From contig JBEKZX010000007.1 in the NCBI GenBank assembly GCA_049509455.1, positions 1 to 49,560 of the forward strand: a stretch of DNA of 49,560 bases. The letters are read 5' to 3'. Below the pieces are notes generated by a model. It ran no database searches. It saw only the letters and a list, made by a program, of their open reading frames with translations, and was not told where the DNA came from. Each line of letters opens with the position of its first letter. Position 1 is the first letter of the stretch. Positions 1-9,223 of this stretch are shown here, piece after piece. The translations under genes and the position numbers were made by a program. Source of the stretch: Conexivisphaerales archaeon (GTDB taxonomy: Archaea > Thermoproteota > Nitrososphaeria > Conexivisphaerales > DTJL01).

Positions 1-528
1 CCCGACGACAAATCCCTAGCTCACCCCTCCTCACCCCCTCCCTCACCTACTCCTGAGCCCATCGTGGCCCAGAGAGAGCGGAAACCTGCGGAGGCTGGGC
101 GGCATTTTCAAGGGATTCTTCGCCGTCGGTCTGAGCACAGGCTCGACTGCCAGGTGGCTGATGACGAACTCGAGTCAAGGAGACTAGGGCGACAACGACC
201 CGCCTAATGAGACGGATAACATCCCGAACGGGCGTTCAAGACACTTTGATTTGGAGCGTCTCAGGGAAGCGCTGATCATGATCAACCAAGGCATCCTCGA
301 CCGCCGGCGCGTGCTAAAGGGGGAGGTGACTGTGTCAGAGGTCGGCCTCAGAGGTCCTCGGTATCGGCACGACATCTTGGCTGCGACTCCTTTGAATCAA
401 AGCCCATCCTTCTGGCGGTGAGACGTCCTCCCGGAGCGAGTTAACGTGAGATAACGAACACATCCACAATTGTTGGCTATTCACATACAAATTCTCGCGA
501 CGCGACCGGTGGTAACGCGGACGGGAAA

Positions 529-1287
529 TTGCAGGCCCCCGAGATGGCCCTGGCGGACAGGTTGTCCCTCGCTTTCGAGACCAACGGGAGAGGATGCCTA
601 GGATTCATCGTGCAGCTCCCCGGCGCCTACGTTCGTGCGCCTACGGAGAGGGAGGCCCTGACCAAGGTCAGGTCCGAGATGAAATCATACAGCCGCTGGT
701 TGGAGGCCAAGCCTTCTCCGTCAGTACGAACCATGATCGTCCAATGGCACCGGAGCCAGCTCCAAGTGGAAGATGCTGACAGCGAAATCCTCCTCGACGC
801 CGACAGGAGGCCCTTCCTTGAAGGTGAGTTCGCCACGCTACTTGACTTCGTCAGATATTCTGGAGAGACCATCTTCAAGGCCTACGAAGAGGCGGAACTG
901 AAGGAGTGGGTCGACGAGAGCAGGCGGCGGAGCACCTTCTACGGCACCGTCCCCTCCACCATCCAGGAGGTGTTGGGACATGTCAGCAGCTCCCAGCATT
1001 TCTACATGGCGAGGCTGGGCGTCCACCTTGAGAATGACACCAACGACTTCTTGGAGATCAGGCGGCGATGCGCCGATGAGCTCGCCCGGCTGCATGACCG
1101 CGGCATCAACTCCAACCTCTTCTCCTCGGAGAACGAGCTCTGGACGCTCAAGAAGGTCCTCAGGCGGCTCGTCTGGCACGACCGCATCCATGGCAAGGCG
1201 ATGATCAGGATGCTGGACAAGCAGAAGAGAATGAGGCTCATAGACGACTACTCGGATCCTTTTCGTTTCCTCAAGGCTTCCTTGTAA
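529..1287 (+). CDS. Hypothetical protein with HicB-like N-terminal module and DinB/YfiT-like C-terminal domain
   Basis: GFIVQLPGAYVRAPTEREAL resembles the HicB-type beta-beta-alpha motif; VLGH...WTLKKVLRRLVWHDRIH supplies a DinB-like His triad. Start may be ATG 544. Confidence 0.65.
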   Translation: MQAPEMALADRLSLAFETNGRGCLGFIVQLPGAYVRAPTEREALTKVRSEMKSYSRWLEAKPSPSVRTMIVQWHRSQLQVEDADSEILLDADRRPFLEGEFATLLDFVRYSGETIFKAYEEAELKEWVDESRRRSTFYGTVPSTIQEVLGHVSSSQHFYMARLGVHLENDTNDFLEIRRRCADELARLHDRGINSNLFSSENELWTLKKVLRRLVWHDRIHGKAMIRMLDKQKRMRLIDDYSDPFRFLKASL

Positions 1288-1313
1288 CCTTGCTCAGAAC
1301 TCTAGCAAGGTTA
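1285..1313. repeat. Perfect 10-bp inverted repeat with 9-nt spacer (terminator hairpin or operator upstream of bcp)
   Basis: TAACCTTGCT (1285-1294) / AGCAAGGTTA (1304-1313). Confidence 0.6.
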
Positions 1314-1339
1314 ATGCCTCTGTATGCCCGCTATTCTTT

Positions 1340-1840
1340 ATGATGACTCTTAAGGTGGGGGACAAGGCGCCCCAGTTCAGCGCTCAGGCCGACGATGGAA
1401 GTCAAGTCGATCTTCTGGGGGCTCTGAAAGAAGGCAACATCGTGCTGTACTTCTATCCCAAGGACGAGACCATGGGCTGCACGGCCGAGGCCTGTTCGTT
1501 CAGGGACAATTGGAGCGAAGTCCGAGCCGAGAAGGCTGTCGTAATCGGGGTGAGCTCTGACAGCGTGGAATCGCACGCGTCTTTCAAGAAGCATCATGAC
1601 CTCCCGTTCAGGCTGATGAGCGACCCAGACAAGCGGATAAGGGAGTCCTACGGCGTCCGGGGGAGACTCATGCCGCCGAGGGTGACTTTCGTCATCGACC
1701 AGTCAGGGGTCATAAGGCATGTGTACGACTCCAACTTGGCACCCACTCACCATGTCAGGGAGGCCCTGGCAGCCCTCCGAAGGATCAATGAAGGCATCAA
1801 GTCGGATACGCATCCCCTGGGCAACACGTCGCCCGACTGA
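1340..1840 (+). CDS. bcp: Peroxiredoxin, BCP/PrxQ subfamily (2-Cys CxxxxC)
   Basis: LYFYPKDETMGCTAEACSFRD = PxxxTxxC active site plus resolving Cys; RVTFVID. Confidence 0.95.
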   Translation: MMTLKVGDKAPQFSAQADDGSQVDLLGALKEGNIVLYFYPKDETMGCTAEACSFRDNWSEVRAEKAVVIGVSSDSVESHASFKKHHDLPFRLMSDPDKRIRESYGVRGRLMPPRVTFVIDQSGVIRHVYDSNLAPTHHVREALAALRRINEGIKSDTHPLGNTSPD

Positions 1841-1902
1841 GTTCTCCAAGGTCCAGGATTCACAATAGGCTTATGAAAGGCGCCGGCGTGTGCTAGGCCA
1901 TC

Positions 1903-2421
1903 TTGAAGGAAACGAGCATGAAGGGCCGCATGGTCTCGGAGTCGTCGGAGACCCTCCTCCACCTGATGATGCCCACAGATGCCAATCCGTTGGGAAATGT
2001 GTTCGGTGGCACTATCCTCCGGCTCATGGACGAGGCCGCAGGGATCGTTGCCGCTCGGCACGCGAGAGCGAACACCGTTACAGCTTCCGTGGACCGAATG
2101 GACTTCTGGGCGCCCGTTTACGTGGGCGACCTCCTCATATTGAAGGCCGCAGTGAACTTCGTCGGGAGGACTTCGATGGAGATAGGCGTAAGGATAGAGG
2201 CCGAAGATCTGAAGACCGGCAGGACTACGCACACGGGCTCCTGCTACCTGACCTATGTGGCCCTCGATGGGGATAGGCAGCCCATGCCCGTCCCCCCGAT
2301 CATTCCGGTGACGCCTGCTGAGAAGCAGCGGTATAGGGACGCCCAGGAGAGAAGGGAGCGGAGGATGAGTGACCTTGCAGAGGCCGCGAAGGAAGGCGGG
2401 CCCCGTCGTCGCGGCCGATGA
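1903..2421 (+). CDS. Acyl-CoA thioesterase (hotdog fold, YciA-like)
   Basis: DANPLGNVFGGTILRLMDEAA, VTASVDRMDF, VGRTSMEIGV motifs. Start may be ATG 1918. Confidence 0.92.
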   Translation: MKETSMKGRMVSESSETLLHLMMPTDANPLGNVFGGTILRLMDEAAGIVAARHARANTVTASVDRMDFWAPVYVGDLLILKAAVNFVGRTSMEIGVRIEAEDLKTGRTTHTGSCYLTYVALDGDRQPMPVPPIIPVTPAEKQRYRDAQERRERRMSDLAEAAKEGGPRRRGR

Positions 2422-2475
2422 GCATGCCGTCTGCCGCGCGGGTCGAAGGTTCAAGACCCTGAGAGGATCTCTTTA

Positions 2476-2667
2476 GTGAAGAGAGACATGAGGAAACTCA
2501 ATCTGAGAAAGGACTTGCGTTTCTACAACTCTTTTCCAAGGCATGTTGAGTTCATCCAAGTCCCCTTCATGAAGTTCATCATGATCGACGGAAAGGGCGA
2601 CCCGAACACAAGCAAAGCCTACCTTGACGCCATCAAGGAGCCGGTATCTGTTGTCGCCCTTCCGTAA
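2476..2667 (+). pseudogene. Truncated N-terminal fragment of a GyrI-like small-molecule-binding protein
   Basis: VPFMKFIMIDGKGDPNTSKAYLDAI matches the family N-terminus as I recall it; the similarity then stops and the frame ends at 63 aa. Confidence 0.6.
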
Positions 2668-2737
2668 AGCTGTCATCCTTCGTAGGGCGGGCAACCCATA
2701 TCTCCAACCTCGTCGGGGCCTCCTCTGAGGGTCTTCC

Positions 2738-4549
2738 TTGCTGCGCATCGTGGTCCTTGTGAAGATGGTGCCCGACGTGACGCAGCTACGTTTTGATGCT
2801 TCAACCAGGACGCTGGTGCGCGATGGCGTGAAGAGCATGGTCAACCCCTTCGACAGGAGGGCGGTCGAGGCCGCGGTGGTCATTAAGGAGGCCGCCGGAG
2901 CGGAGGTCATCACCGTCAGCATGGGCCCTCCTTCGGCGACCGAGATACTTCGCGCGACTCTTGCGGCCGGTGCCGATCGGTCCGTGCTCCTCTCCGACGC
3001 TGCCTTCGCCGGGTCCGACACGCTAGCTACTTCGACGGCACTCTCCATGGCCGCCAGGCGGATGGGCTTCGACTTGATCCTCGGAGGGGTCGCCAGTGTG
3101 GATGCCGAGACTTCGCAGGTCATGCCGGAGGTGTCTCAGCTCCTCTGCGCCAGCCTGGTCACGAACGTGCGCAGGATTGACGTCACCGGCGAATCCTCCC
3201 TGACCGTTGAACGCGACTTCGAAGAGGGGACAGAGACCTTCGAAGTGGGCCTCCCCGCCGTCATCAGCGTTAATGAGAAGATCAACAGGCCTCGCTCCCC
3301 CTCGGAAGAGGACAGGGCCCGATCCCTCCAGAAGCCGCTGGAGACCTGGTCGGCCTCTGACCTATCGCCCGACCTCAGCCATTTTGGTGCGCTGGGCTCT
3401 CCGACATATGTGAAGTCCATTTTCGACGCCTCCTTCGACAGGAGTCCCGTGGTCTTCGACGGCAGGGTGGACCTCCCGTCGGCCGTCGAGGGGTGCCTGG
3501 CGGAGTTGGAGAAGCGGTCGAGGGAGAATCCCTCCGAGGCGACCGACATGTCCAGAGACACGGAGCCGAAGCCCGTCTGGGTGGTCGCCCTTCCCGGAGG
3601 GGAAGAGACTCGCACCACCTTCGAAATGCTGGGGAAGGTGAGAACCCTCGGCCTCAGGGCGGTGGCGGTCATAACTCCAGACGTCGTCTCAGAGAACATG
3701 GCAGTGCAGGCGGCGAGGGCTGGAGCGGATGACGTGCTGCTTCTGAAGGACGGAACGAGCCCTCTTTCGTCCCTCGCATACGCCACGTTGTTGCAACAGG
3801 CCATCGAAGGCACCAAGCCGTTCGCAGTTCTGATCCCATCCACCGTCAAGGGAAGGGAGGTCGCTGGGCGTCTCGCCGCGAGCATGCGATTGGGCCTGAC
3901 CGGCGACGCGACGGACCTTGCGCTCCATCGCAGAGGGGAGCTCATCCAGGTCAAGCCGGCCTTCGGGGGAAGCGTGATGGCGGAAGTGATTTCGAAGACG
4001 AGCCCACGCCTTGCCACCGTAAGGCCTGGCGTCTTCCCCCTCCTGTCCTATCCCGAAAGCTTACCCGCGACAACCAGCCTTGAAGTCAAGCCTGGGCCCG
4101 TCGAATCCGTGAAGCTGGTGCTTAGGACCATAACCGTCGACCCAAAGGTGGGAGACCTAAACAGGTCAAGGGTCATCCTCTGTGGAGGCTTCGGCGTCGG
4201 CTCCAAGGAGGGCTTCGGCCGGCTGGCGTCCTTCGCCACCGGAATCGGCGCCGCCCTGGCTGCAACGCGCAAGGCCGTCGACGCCGGCTGGGCGCCACCA
4301 CAGATCCAAATCGGGCTCACCGGGAAGTCCGTCCACCCCTGCTTAATCATCGAAGCAGGCGTGTCCGGCTCGGTCAACCATACCATCGGCTTGCGGAGGG
4401 CCCGCTTAGTCTTCTCGATAAACAAGGACCCCGTAGCTGCCTCTCTGAGGGCCTGTGACGTCGGCCTCGTGGCCGAACTCGGTCCGGCCTTGGAAGCACT
4501 GGAAGACGGTCTGCGCAGCCTAGTATCGTACTTCGAGGCTGGGACGTAG
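2738..4549 (+). CDS. Fused electron transfer flavoprotein beta-alpha (single-chain EtfB-EtfA), divergent copy
   Basis: N-terminal IVVLVKMVPD...NPFD...SMGP (beta) joined to alpha motifs RPGVF, GGFGVG, QIGLTG, GVSGSVNH. TTG start. Confidence 0.9.
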   Translation: MLRIVVLVKMVPDVTQLRFDASTRTLVRDGVKSMVNPFDRRAVEAAVVIKEAAGAEVITVSMGPPSATEILRATLAAGADRSVLLSDAAFAGSDTLATSTALSMAARRMGFDLILGGVASVDAETSQVMPEVSQLLCASLVTNVRRIDVTGESSLTVERDFEEGTETFEVGLPAVISVNEKINRPRSPSEEDRARSLQKPLETWSASDLSPDLSHFGALGSPTYVKSIFDASFDRSPVVFDGRVDLPSAVEGCLAELEKRSRENPSEATDMSRDTEPKPVWVVALPGGEETRTTFEMLGKVRTLGLRAVAVITPDVVSENMAVQAARAGADDVLLLKDGTSPLSSLAYATLLQQAIEGTKPFAVLIPSTVKGREVAGRLAASMRLGLTGDATDLALHRRGELIQVKPAFGGSVMAEVISKTSPRLATVRPGVFPLLSYPESLPATTSLEVKPGPVESVKLVLRTITVDPKVGDLNRSRVILCGGFGVGSKEGFGRLASFATGIGAALAATRKAVDAGWAPPQIQIGLTGKSVHPCLIIEAGVSGSVNHTIGLRRARLVFSINKDPVAASLRACDVGLVAELGPALEALEDGLRSLVSYFEAGT

Positions 4550-4650
4550 ACGGAGTTGCCATGTGGCGACATCTCCTTGGCCCCAGGGCGCACCTGTTCA
4601 GGAGAGGAGCGCCTACGTTTATGAGCCGGACGTACGGGAAGGACTGAGCG

Positions 4651-5319
4651 TTGGACCCTGCAGTAGTCAGCTGGAGGTTCGGAAGGAGATTCGCTCCTAA
4701 GGAAATTGACAGGGCTGTTCGCCATCTCTCCCAAGCGGACCCCAAACTCAATGCCCTCATCGAGAAGGTGGGGAAATTGCGGATTCGCAGCGGCCTTGAA
4801 CCGTTCGAAGCCCTCGTCCTGAGCATCCTCTTTCAGCAACTTGCCGGCTCAGCAGCTCAAGTTATCACCAACCGCTTCAAGGTGCTCTTCAGGGGCCGGT
4901 TCCCCACGCCCGCCCAGCTTTTGCGCGAGCCCGACTCGCAGCTGAGGAAGGCGGGGCTGTCACGAAGGAAGGTGCAATACCTGAAGGACCTTTCGAGACG
5001 AATCGTCGACGGCTCCCTGGATCTCGCATCCCTGCAATCAAAGGGCGACGAGGAGGTCATCTCCATCCTAGACGAAGTGAAGGGCATCGGAAGGTGGACG
5101 GCCCAGATGTTCCTGATCTTCCCACTCTGCCGCCTCGACGTCCTCCCCACGGGGGACCTCGGAATCCGGGCTGCCGTCAAGGGGCTCTACGGGCTCGAGG
5201 AGCTCCCTTCCGAGGATGAGGTGCACGAGATTGCCTCCAAGTGGCATCCGTACTGCACCGTGGCCTCCCTCTATCTCTGGAGCCTTAGTGAAGTCGAGGA
5301 CGGAAAGGCTGATGGTTGA
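4651..5319 (+). CDS. alkA: DNA-3-methyladenine glycosylase II (HhH-GPD family)
   Basis: ILFQQLAG, VKGIGRWTA helix-hairpin-helix, LPTGDLGIR catalytic Asp, WHPYCTVASLYLW. Confidence 0.92.
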   Translation: MDPAVVSWRFGRRFAPKEIDRAVRHLSQADPKLNALIEKVGKLRIRSGLEPFEALVLSILFQQLAGSAAQVITNRFKVLFRGRFPTPAQLLREPDSQLRKAGLSRRKVQYLKDLSRRIVDGSLDLASLQSKGDEEVISILDEVKGIGRWTAQMFLIFPLCRLDVLPTGDLGIRAAVKGLYGLEELPSEDEVHEIASKWHPYCTVASLYLWSLSEVEDGKADG

Positions 5320-5325
5320 CGCGAG

Positions 5326-6117
5326 CTAGCCCTTGCATGCCTTGACGGCCTTGGCATAGGCTCCCCGGTCGCTGGCCCCTCCCCACACCCCTCTCAGCTT
5401 GAAGTCGGTCTCGCCCAGCAAGACTCCGTCAGACTTCTTGTAGAACTCCTTCACGTTGGCGAGGCCTATGCCGCTCCCAATCAGGACGGGCAGCTTGATG
5501 GCGTCCTTCACCGTCTTCAGGGTCTCGAAGGACGGAGGGACCGGGCTTCTGGCTCCAGACACGAGGACCGCGTCTGCCCCTCCCCTTTCAGCTAGGTCCC
5601 GGGCAGCGTCGTCAATCGGGACGTTGAAGAGTGGGTAGGCGTGCTTGACGTGGACGTCTCCGAAGACCAGTATGTCCCGCTTCAGCCCCATCCTTAGCCT
5701 GGCCAGCCTCGCCGCGCACCCCTGGATTATCCCCTGGTCGGTCGCGTACGCCCCAATCATGACGTTGCATCGGATAAAATCTGCACCTGATACATAGGCC
5801 ACCGACATCGCCTCCTCGCACGCGTTCCTCAGCATGTTGACCCCCACCTTCATCTTCGTGCGTGCCTTAACCTCCTTGACGATATTGGCCATGGCAGCCA
5901 CCGTCATCGGAGGGACATGGTCTCGGAAGAAGGGGTAGTCTCCCACGTTCTCGACTATGGCCCCGTCGATCCCCACCGATTCCAGCTTCCTCGACTCAGA
6001 AAGGGCGAACTCGACGAGCTCCTCCATGGAGAGCCTGTTCTTGGGCGCCCCAGGCAGGGCTGGCATGTGAATCATACCCAGGACGGGTTTCTTCGGGAAG
6101 ATGTCTTGGAACTGCAC
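5326..6117 (-). CDS. btpA: BtpA/SgcQ family protein
   Basis: GMIHMPALPGAP, IVENVGDYPF, GVNMLRN, DVHVKHA, LIGSG motifs. Confidence 0.9.
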   Translation of the reverse strand: MQFQDIFPKKPVLGMIHMPALPGAPKNRLSMEELVEFALSESRKLESVGIDGAIVENVGDYPFFRDHVPPMTVAAMANIVKEVKARTKMKVGVNMLRNACEEAMSVAYVSGADFIRCNVMIGAYATDQGIIQGCAARLARLRMGLKRDILVFGDVHVKHAYPLFNVPIDDAARDLAERGGADAVLVSGARSPVPPSFETLKTVKDAIKLPVLIGSGIGLANVKEFYKKSDGVLLGETDFKLRGVWGGASDRGAYAKAVKACKG

Positions 6118-6168
6118 AGTGAACGCTAGGTGAACATATGAGATAAAGAGTTCTCTTGGTCAACAGCT

Positions 6169-7506
6169 CTAGGAGGAGTTTTCACGGGCTATGGCGTCCT
6201 TAACGACTTCCAGGGCCTCGTCAGCTAGGTCCTCGTCGATGATCAGGGGAGGGATGAGCCTCAGCGTCGAGCGCCCACAGCTGATGAGCAGCACGCCATG
6301 CTTCCAAGTGTAGTCCAGGATGTTGTTCACGTGTTCGGTCCCGTACTCCTTGGTCCTCCTGTCGTTCACGATCTCCGCCCCCACCATCAGACCCTTCCCG
6401 CGGACGTCTCCGATGATTTCGTACTTCTCCTTCATCTCCTCGAGCCTCTTCTTGATGTGTCCTCCCACCTTTGTGGCGTTTGCCATGAGCTTCTCGTTCT
6501 CGATCATGGAGATGGTCGCCAGCGCAGCCGCCGTCGCGACAGGGTTTGCGCCGAACGTGGAAGCGTGAGATCCGGGCCCCCATGTCATTATTTCCTTTTT
6601 CGCCACCATGGCGCTCAAAGGAAGGCCGGCCGCGATCGCCTTGGATATTAACATGATGTCTGGCTCCACCCCAAAATGCTGTATAGCGAACCACTTACCC
6701 GTCCTCCCCATGCCCGACTGCACCTCGTCGTCCACCATCAGGATTCCGTGCGGCTTCAGCAGCTTCTCTAGACGCCTGAAGTAATCGTCAGGGGGGACGA
6801 CGTAGCCCCCCTCCCCTTGTATGCTTTCGAAGAACATGGCGGATACCTCCTCCGGAGGGACGTATTTGTCCAGCACCTGCTCGCCGATGAAGTCGACGCA
6901 GTAGTAGTCGCATTCTGGGAACTTGAGGTGGAAGGGGCATCTATAGCAGTAGGGGTAAGGCACGTGTGTAACGCCAGGCACAAGCGGCATGAAGCCCTTC
7001 AACTGCCTAGTCTTGCTGGCGGTCAAGGAGAGGGAGCCCATCGTCCTGCCATGGAACCCTCCCGCGAAGGCGAGGAAACGGGGCCTCTTGGTATGGTAGC
7101 GTGCTAGCTTCATGGCGGATTCGATGGCCTCGGCCCCGCTGTTTCCGAAGTAGACCTGCTTTTCGAACTTGCCGGGGGTGATCTTCGAGAGCTTCTCGGC
7201 TAGCTCCACTATGTTCCGATAGTAGAAGTCGGTGTAGGAGTAGTGGAGGAACTTATCAGCCTGCCCCTTGATGGCCTTGACGACGGGCTCGGGTGTCGAG
7301 CCCACGCCTAGTACCCCCAGCCCTGCGTTCATGTCAATGTAGGTGTTCCCGTCCACGTCCTTGACGAGGCAACCGTGGGCAGACTCCAGGACCAGAGGGT
7401 AGAACCTCGCGAAAGACGGGGAGATCGCCTTTTCCGTCCGATTCACGATCTCCCTTGCCTTGGGTCCAGGTGGCGCTACGCGAATGTCGATGCGCTTCGC
7501 TTTCAA
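6169..7506 (-). CDS. Class III PLP aminotransferase (4-aminobutyrate/acetylornithine type)
   Basis: NSGAEAIE, FHGRT, ESIQGEGG, DEVQSGMGRTG, ISKAIAAGLP (PLP Lys), HASTFG. Confidence 0.92.
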   Translation of the reverse strand: MKAKRIDIRVAPPGPKAREIVNRTEKAISPSFARFYPLVLESAHGCLVKDVDGNTYIDMNAGLGVLGVGSTPEPVVKAIKGQADKFLHYSYTDFYYRNIVELAEKLSKITPGKFEKQVYFGNSGAEAIESAMKLARYHTKRPRFLAFAGGFHGRTMGSLSLTASKTRQLKGFMPLVPGVTHVPYPYCYRCPFHLKFPECDYYCVDFIGEQVLDKYVPPEEVSAMFFESIQGEGGYVVPPDDYFRRLEKLLKPHGILMVDDEVQSGMGRTGKWFAIQHFGVEPDIMLISKAIAAGLPLSAMVAKKEIMTWGPGSHASTFGANPVATAAALATISMIENEKLMANATKVGGHIKKRLEEMKEKYEIIGDVRGKGLMVGAEIVNDRRTKEYGTEHVNNILDYTWKHGVLLISCGRSTLRLIPPLIIDEDLADEALEVVKDAIARENSS

Positions 7507-7630
7507 ACTAGCTTACAGGAGCCGACTCCATAGAAAAACGTTGTCGTGAAGAAGCCGCATGGTCTCGGCTCGAAAATCGGCGTCTCACTTACTTTTTCCG
7601 TACCCTTCCAGGCGCCCACCGGCGCTGACT

Positions 7631-7659
7631 GTCGAGGCCTGTGCGGATACATCCTCGAC
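7631..7659. terminator. Hairpin downstream of fixX (possible terminator or stabiliser)
   Basis: GTCGAGG (7631-7637) / CCTCGAC (7653-7659), 17 bp past the fixX stop. Confidence 0.3.
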
Positions 7660-7676
7660 GAACCGCAGAGATCCCT

Positions 7677-7940
7677 TCAGCCGAACCTGTAGGAGATTCC
7701 CGTGCCGCCCAATGGGTTCACCCAGTTGATGAAGGGACAGGCGATCCTGCAGGTGCCGCATTCGACGCAGTTCTCGAAGGCGATGAACACCTTTGAGCCG
7801 TTGTACGAGTAAACGTTAGCTGGACAGATGTCGAGGCAGAACTTATCCTTGCACTGGGCGCACTTTTGCTCGTCCACGCTGATGTGAGACTTCTCATCCA
7901 CGACGTGGCGGAGCAGGTAAAGCTTCTCTTCTAGCCTCAA
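7677..7940 (-). CDS. fixX: FixX-type ferredoxin (87 aa)
   Basis: CAQCKDKFCLDICPANVY...CVECGTCRIACP. True start is TTG 7940 overlapping the fixC stop (TTGA), not the longer ORF-track start. Confidence 0.92.
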   Translation of the reverse strand: MRLEEKLYLLRHVVDEKSHISVDEQKCAQCKDKFCLDICPANVYSYNGSKVFIAFENCVECGTCRIACPFINWVNPLGGTGISYRFG

Positions 7941-9223
7941 AGTATCTTCCTCCCGAAAGTGTAGACGTCCCTGACTATTTTGGCCGGCCTCCGCTTCGAT
8001 ATAATGCTGCCTTCGATTCTCCTGATCTTCTCTCCCCTGCTGGCGCCGTCCATCCTGAACCATTCCTCCAGCGCCGCGTTGATGGCCTCGGGGTAGCGGT
8101 CGATGATGTCTATGTTCTCCTCTATGTAGCGAAGCAGGCCGGCCTGCTTCTTCATGTCTCTGATGACGAACGAACTGGAGAGCGTCCTCCTGTAAATGTC
8201 TAGGTATCTCGCGGAGAAGTCGCCCGACTTCCTGGCGAGGGCCACGGTCTCTCCGGCCAGCCTCCCTGAAAGCACAGCGAGGTCGGCGCCCTCGCCCGTG
8301 ATCGGATTGGAGAGCATCGCGGAATCGCCCGCCACCAACACGCCGTCCGCTGCCAGCTTGGGCATCCCGCTGTAGCCTCCCTCGGGTATCATGTGAGCCT
8401 GATACTCTTTAACGAGGCCGTTCGCGATGTACGGGGCCACGGACGGCTCCTCCTTGAAGCTCTCCATGAGGTCGTATGGCTTGATCTTCGCCTTCATCAT
8501 GGTGGAGAGGGTCGCCCCCAGCCCGACGGAGAGGGAGTCCCTGTTGGTGTAGACGAATCCGAAGCCGACGAGCCCCTTGAACGCGGATCCGATGTAATGT
8601 ATTGCGGCGCCCTCGCTCTCCCTGAGCCCGAACCTTTCCTGTATCCTGTCGGCTGGGAGGGAGATGATTTCTCTGACGGCGAGGGCCATCTGGTCGGGCC
8701 TCGGCTTCGTGATGAGGCCCGCCTTCTCACACAGCATGGTGTTCGCTCCCTCAGACACGATGGTCACGTCTGCCTTCAGATCGCCCCTGTCCGTCCTCAC
8801 GCCGACTACTCTCCCCCCTTCCTGGAGGAGCTCGGTTACGTTGGTCCTCATGATGAAGGTGGCTCCCACGTCCTCGGCCTTCTTCGCAAACCAACGGTCG
8901 AACTTGGACCTCAGGACCGTAAACCCGTTGGGCGCTCCCTTCGAGCCCACACTCCTATAACTGATCGTAGAGAAGTCCCTCTTCCCCATAAGGCAATACG
9001 AATGCTGCACCACGTTCCTTTCCAACGGGGCCTCCTTCCAGAAGCCTGGGAGGATGTCGTTGATGGTCTTGATGTAGAGGACGCCCCCGATCACATTCTT
9101 ACTGCCGGGGAACTCGCCTCTTTCGATGACCACTGCGTTGACGCCGCCCCTGGCCATCATGTAGGCCGCCGATACGCCGGCGGGTCCCGCCCCGACGACG
9201 ATGGCGTCGAACTTATCCGTCAA
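7937..9223 (-). CDS. fixC: FixC/EtfC FAD-dependent ETF:quinone oxidoreductase
   Basis: VVGAGPAG dinucleotide fold, ERGEFPGSKNVIGG, AHMIPEGG, GDSA; sits between fixAB and fixX. Confidence 0.92.
   Translation of the reverse strand: MTDKFDAIVVGAGPAGVSAAYMMARGGVNAVVIERGEFPGSKNVIGGVLYIKTINDILPGFWKEAPLERNVVQHSYCLMGKRDFSTISYRSVGSKGAPNGFTVLRSKFDRWFAKKAEDVGATFIMRTNVTELLQEGGRVVGVRTDRGDLKADVTIVSEGANTMLCEKAGLITKPRPDQMALAVREIISLPADRIQERFGLRESEGAAIHYIGSAFKGLVGFGFVYTNRDSLSVGLGATLSTMMKAKIKPYDLMESFKEEPSVAPYIANGLVKEYQAHMIPEGGYSGMPKLAADGVLVAGDSAMLSNPITGEGADLAVLSGRLAGETVALARKSGDFSARYLDIYRRTLSSSFVIRDMKKQAGLLRYIEENIDIIDRYPEAINAALEEWFRMDGASRGEKIRRIEGSIISKRRPAKIVRDVYTFGRKIL

Noticed and set aside
1-528. Short ORF fragments and a CTCACC/G-rich tract at the window start, including ORF 184..375
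   Set aside because: No frame has both a credible start and a recognisable motif; the fragments may be a gene end or decayed DNA, and left context is missing.
2440-2459. GGTTCAAGACCC, resembling a tRNA T-loop
   Set aside because: It sits in a GGGTC/GACCC hairpin with a 10-nt loop; no T-stem, D-arm or acceptor stem can be built.
2670-2737. ATCCTTCG...GGGCGGG upstream of a flavoprotein gene, resembling the start of an FMN riboswitch
   Set aside because: The downstream conserved elements (CCCGACCGGYGG, CCGAC, AGTCTGGATG) are absent.
6169-7506. Possible PLP-dependent amino-acid racemase of the class III fold
   Set aside because: The motif is QGEGG (transaminase type) rather than the Asp-containing QGDxG I associate with the racemases/epimerases of this fold.
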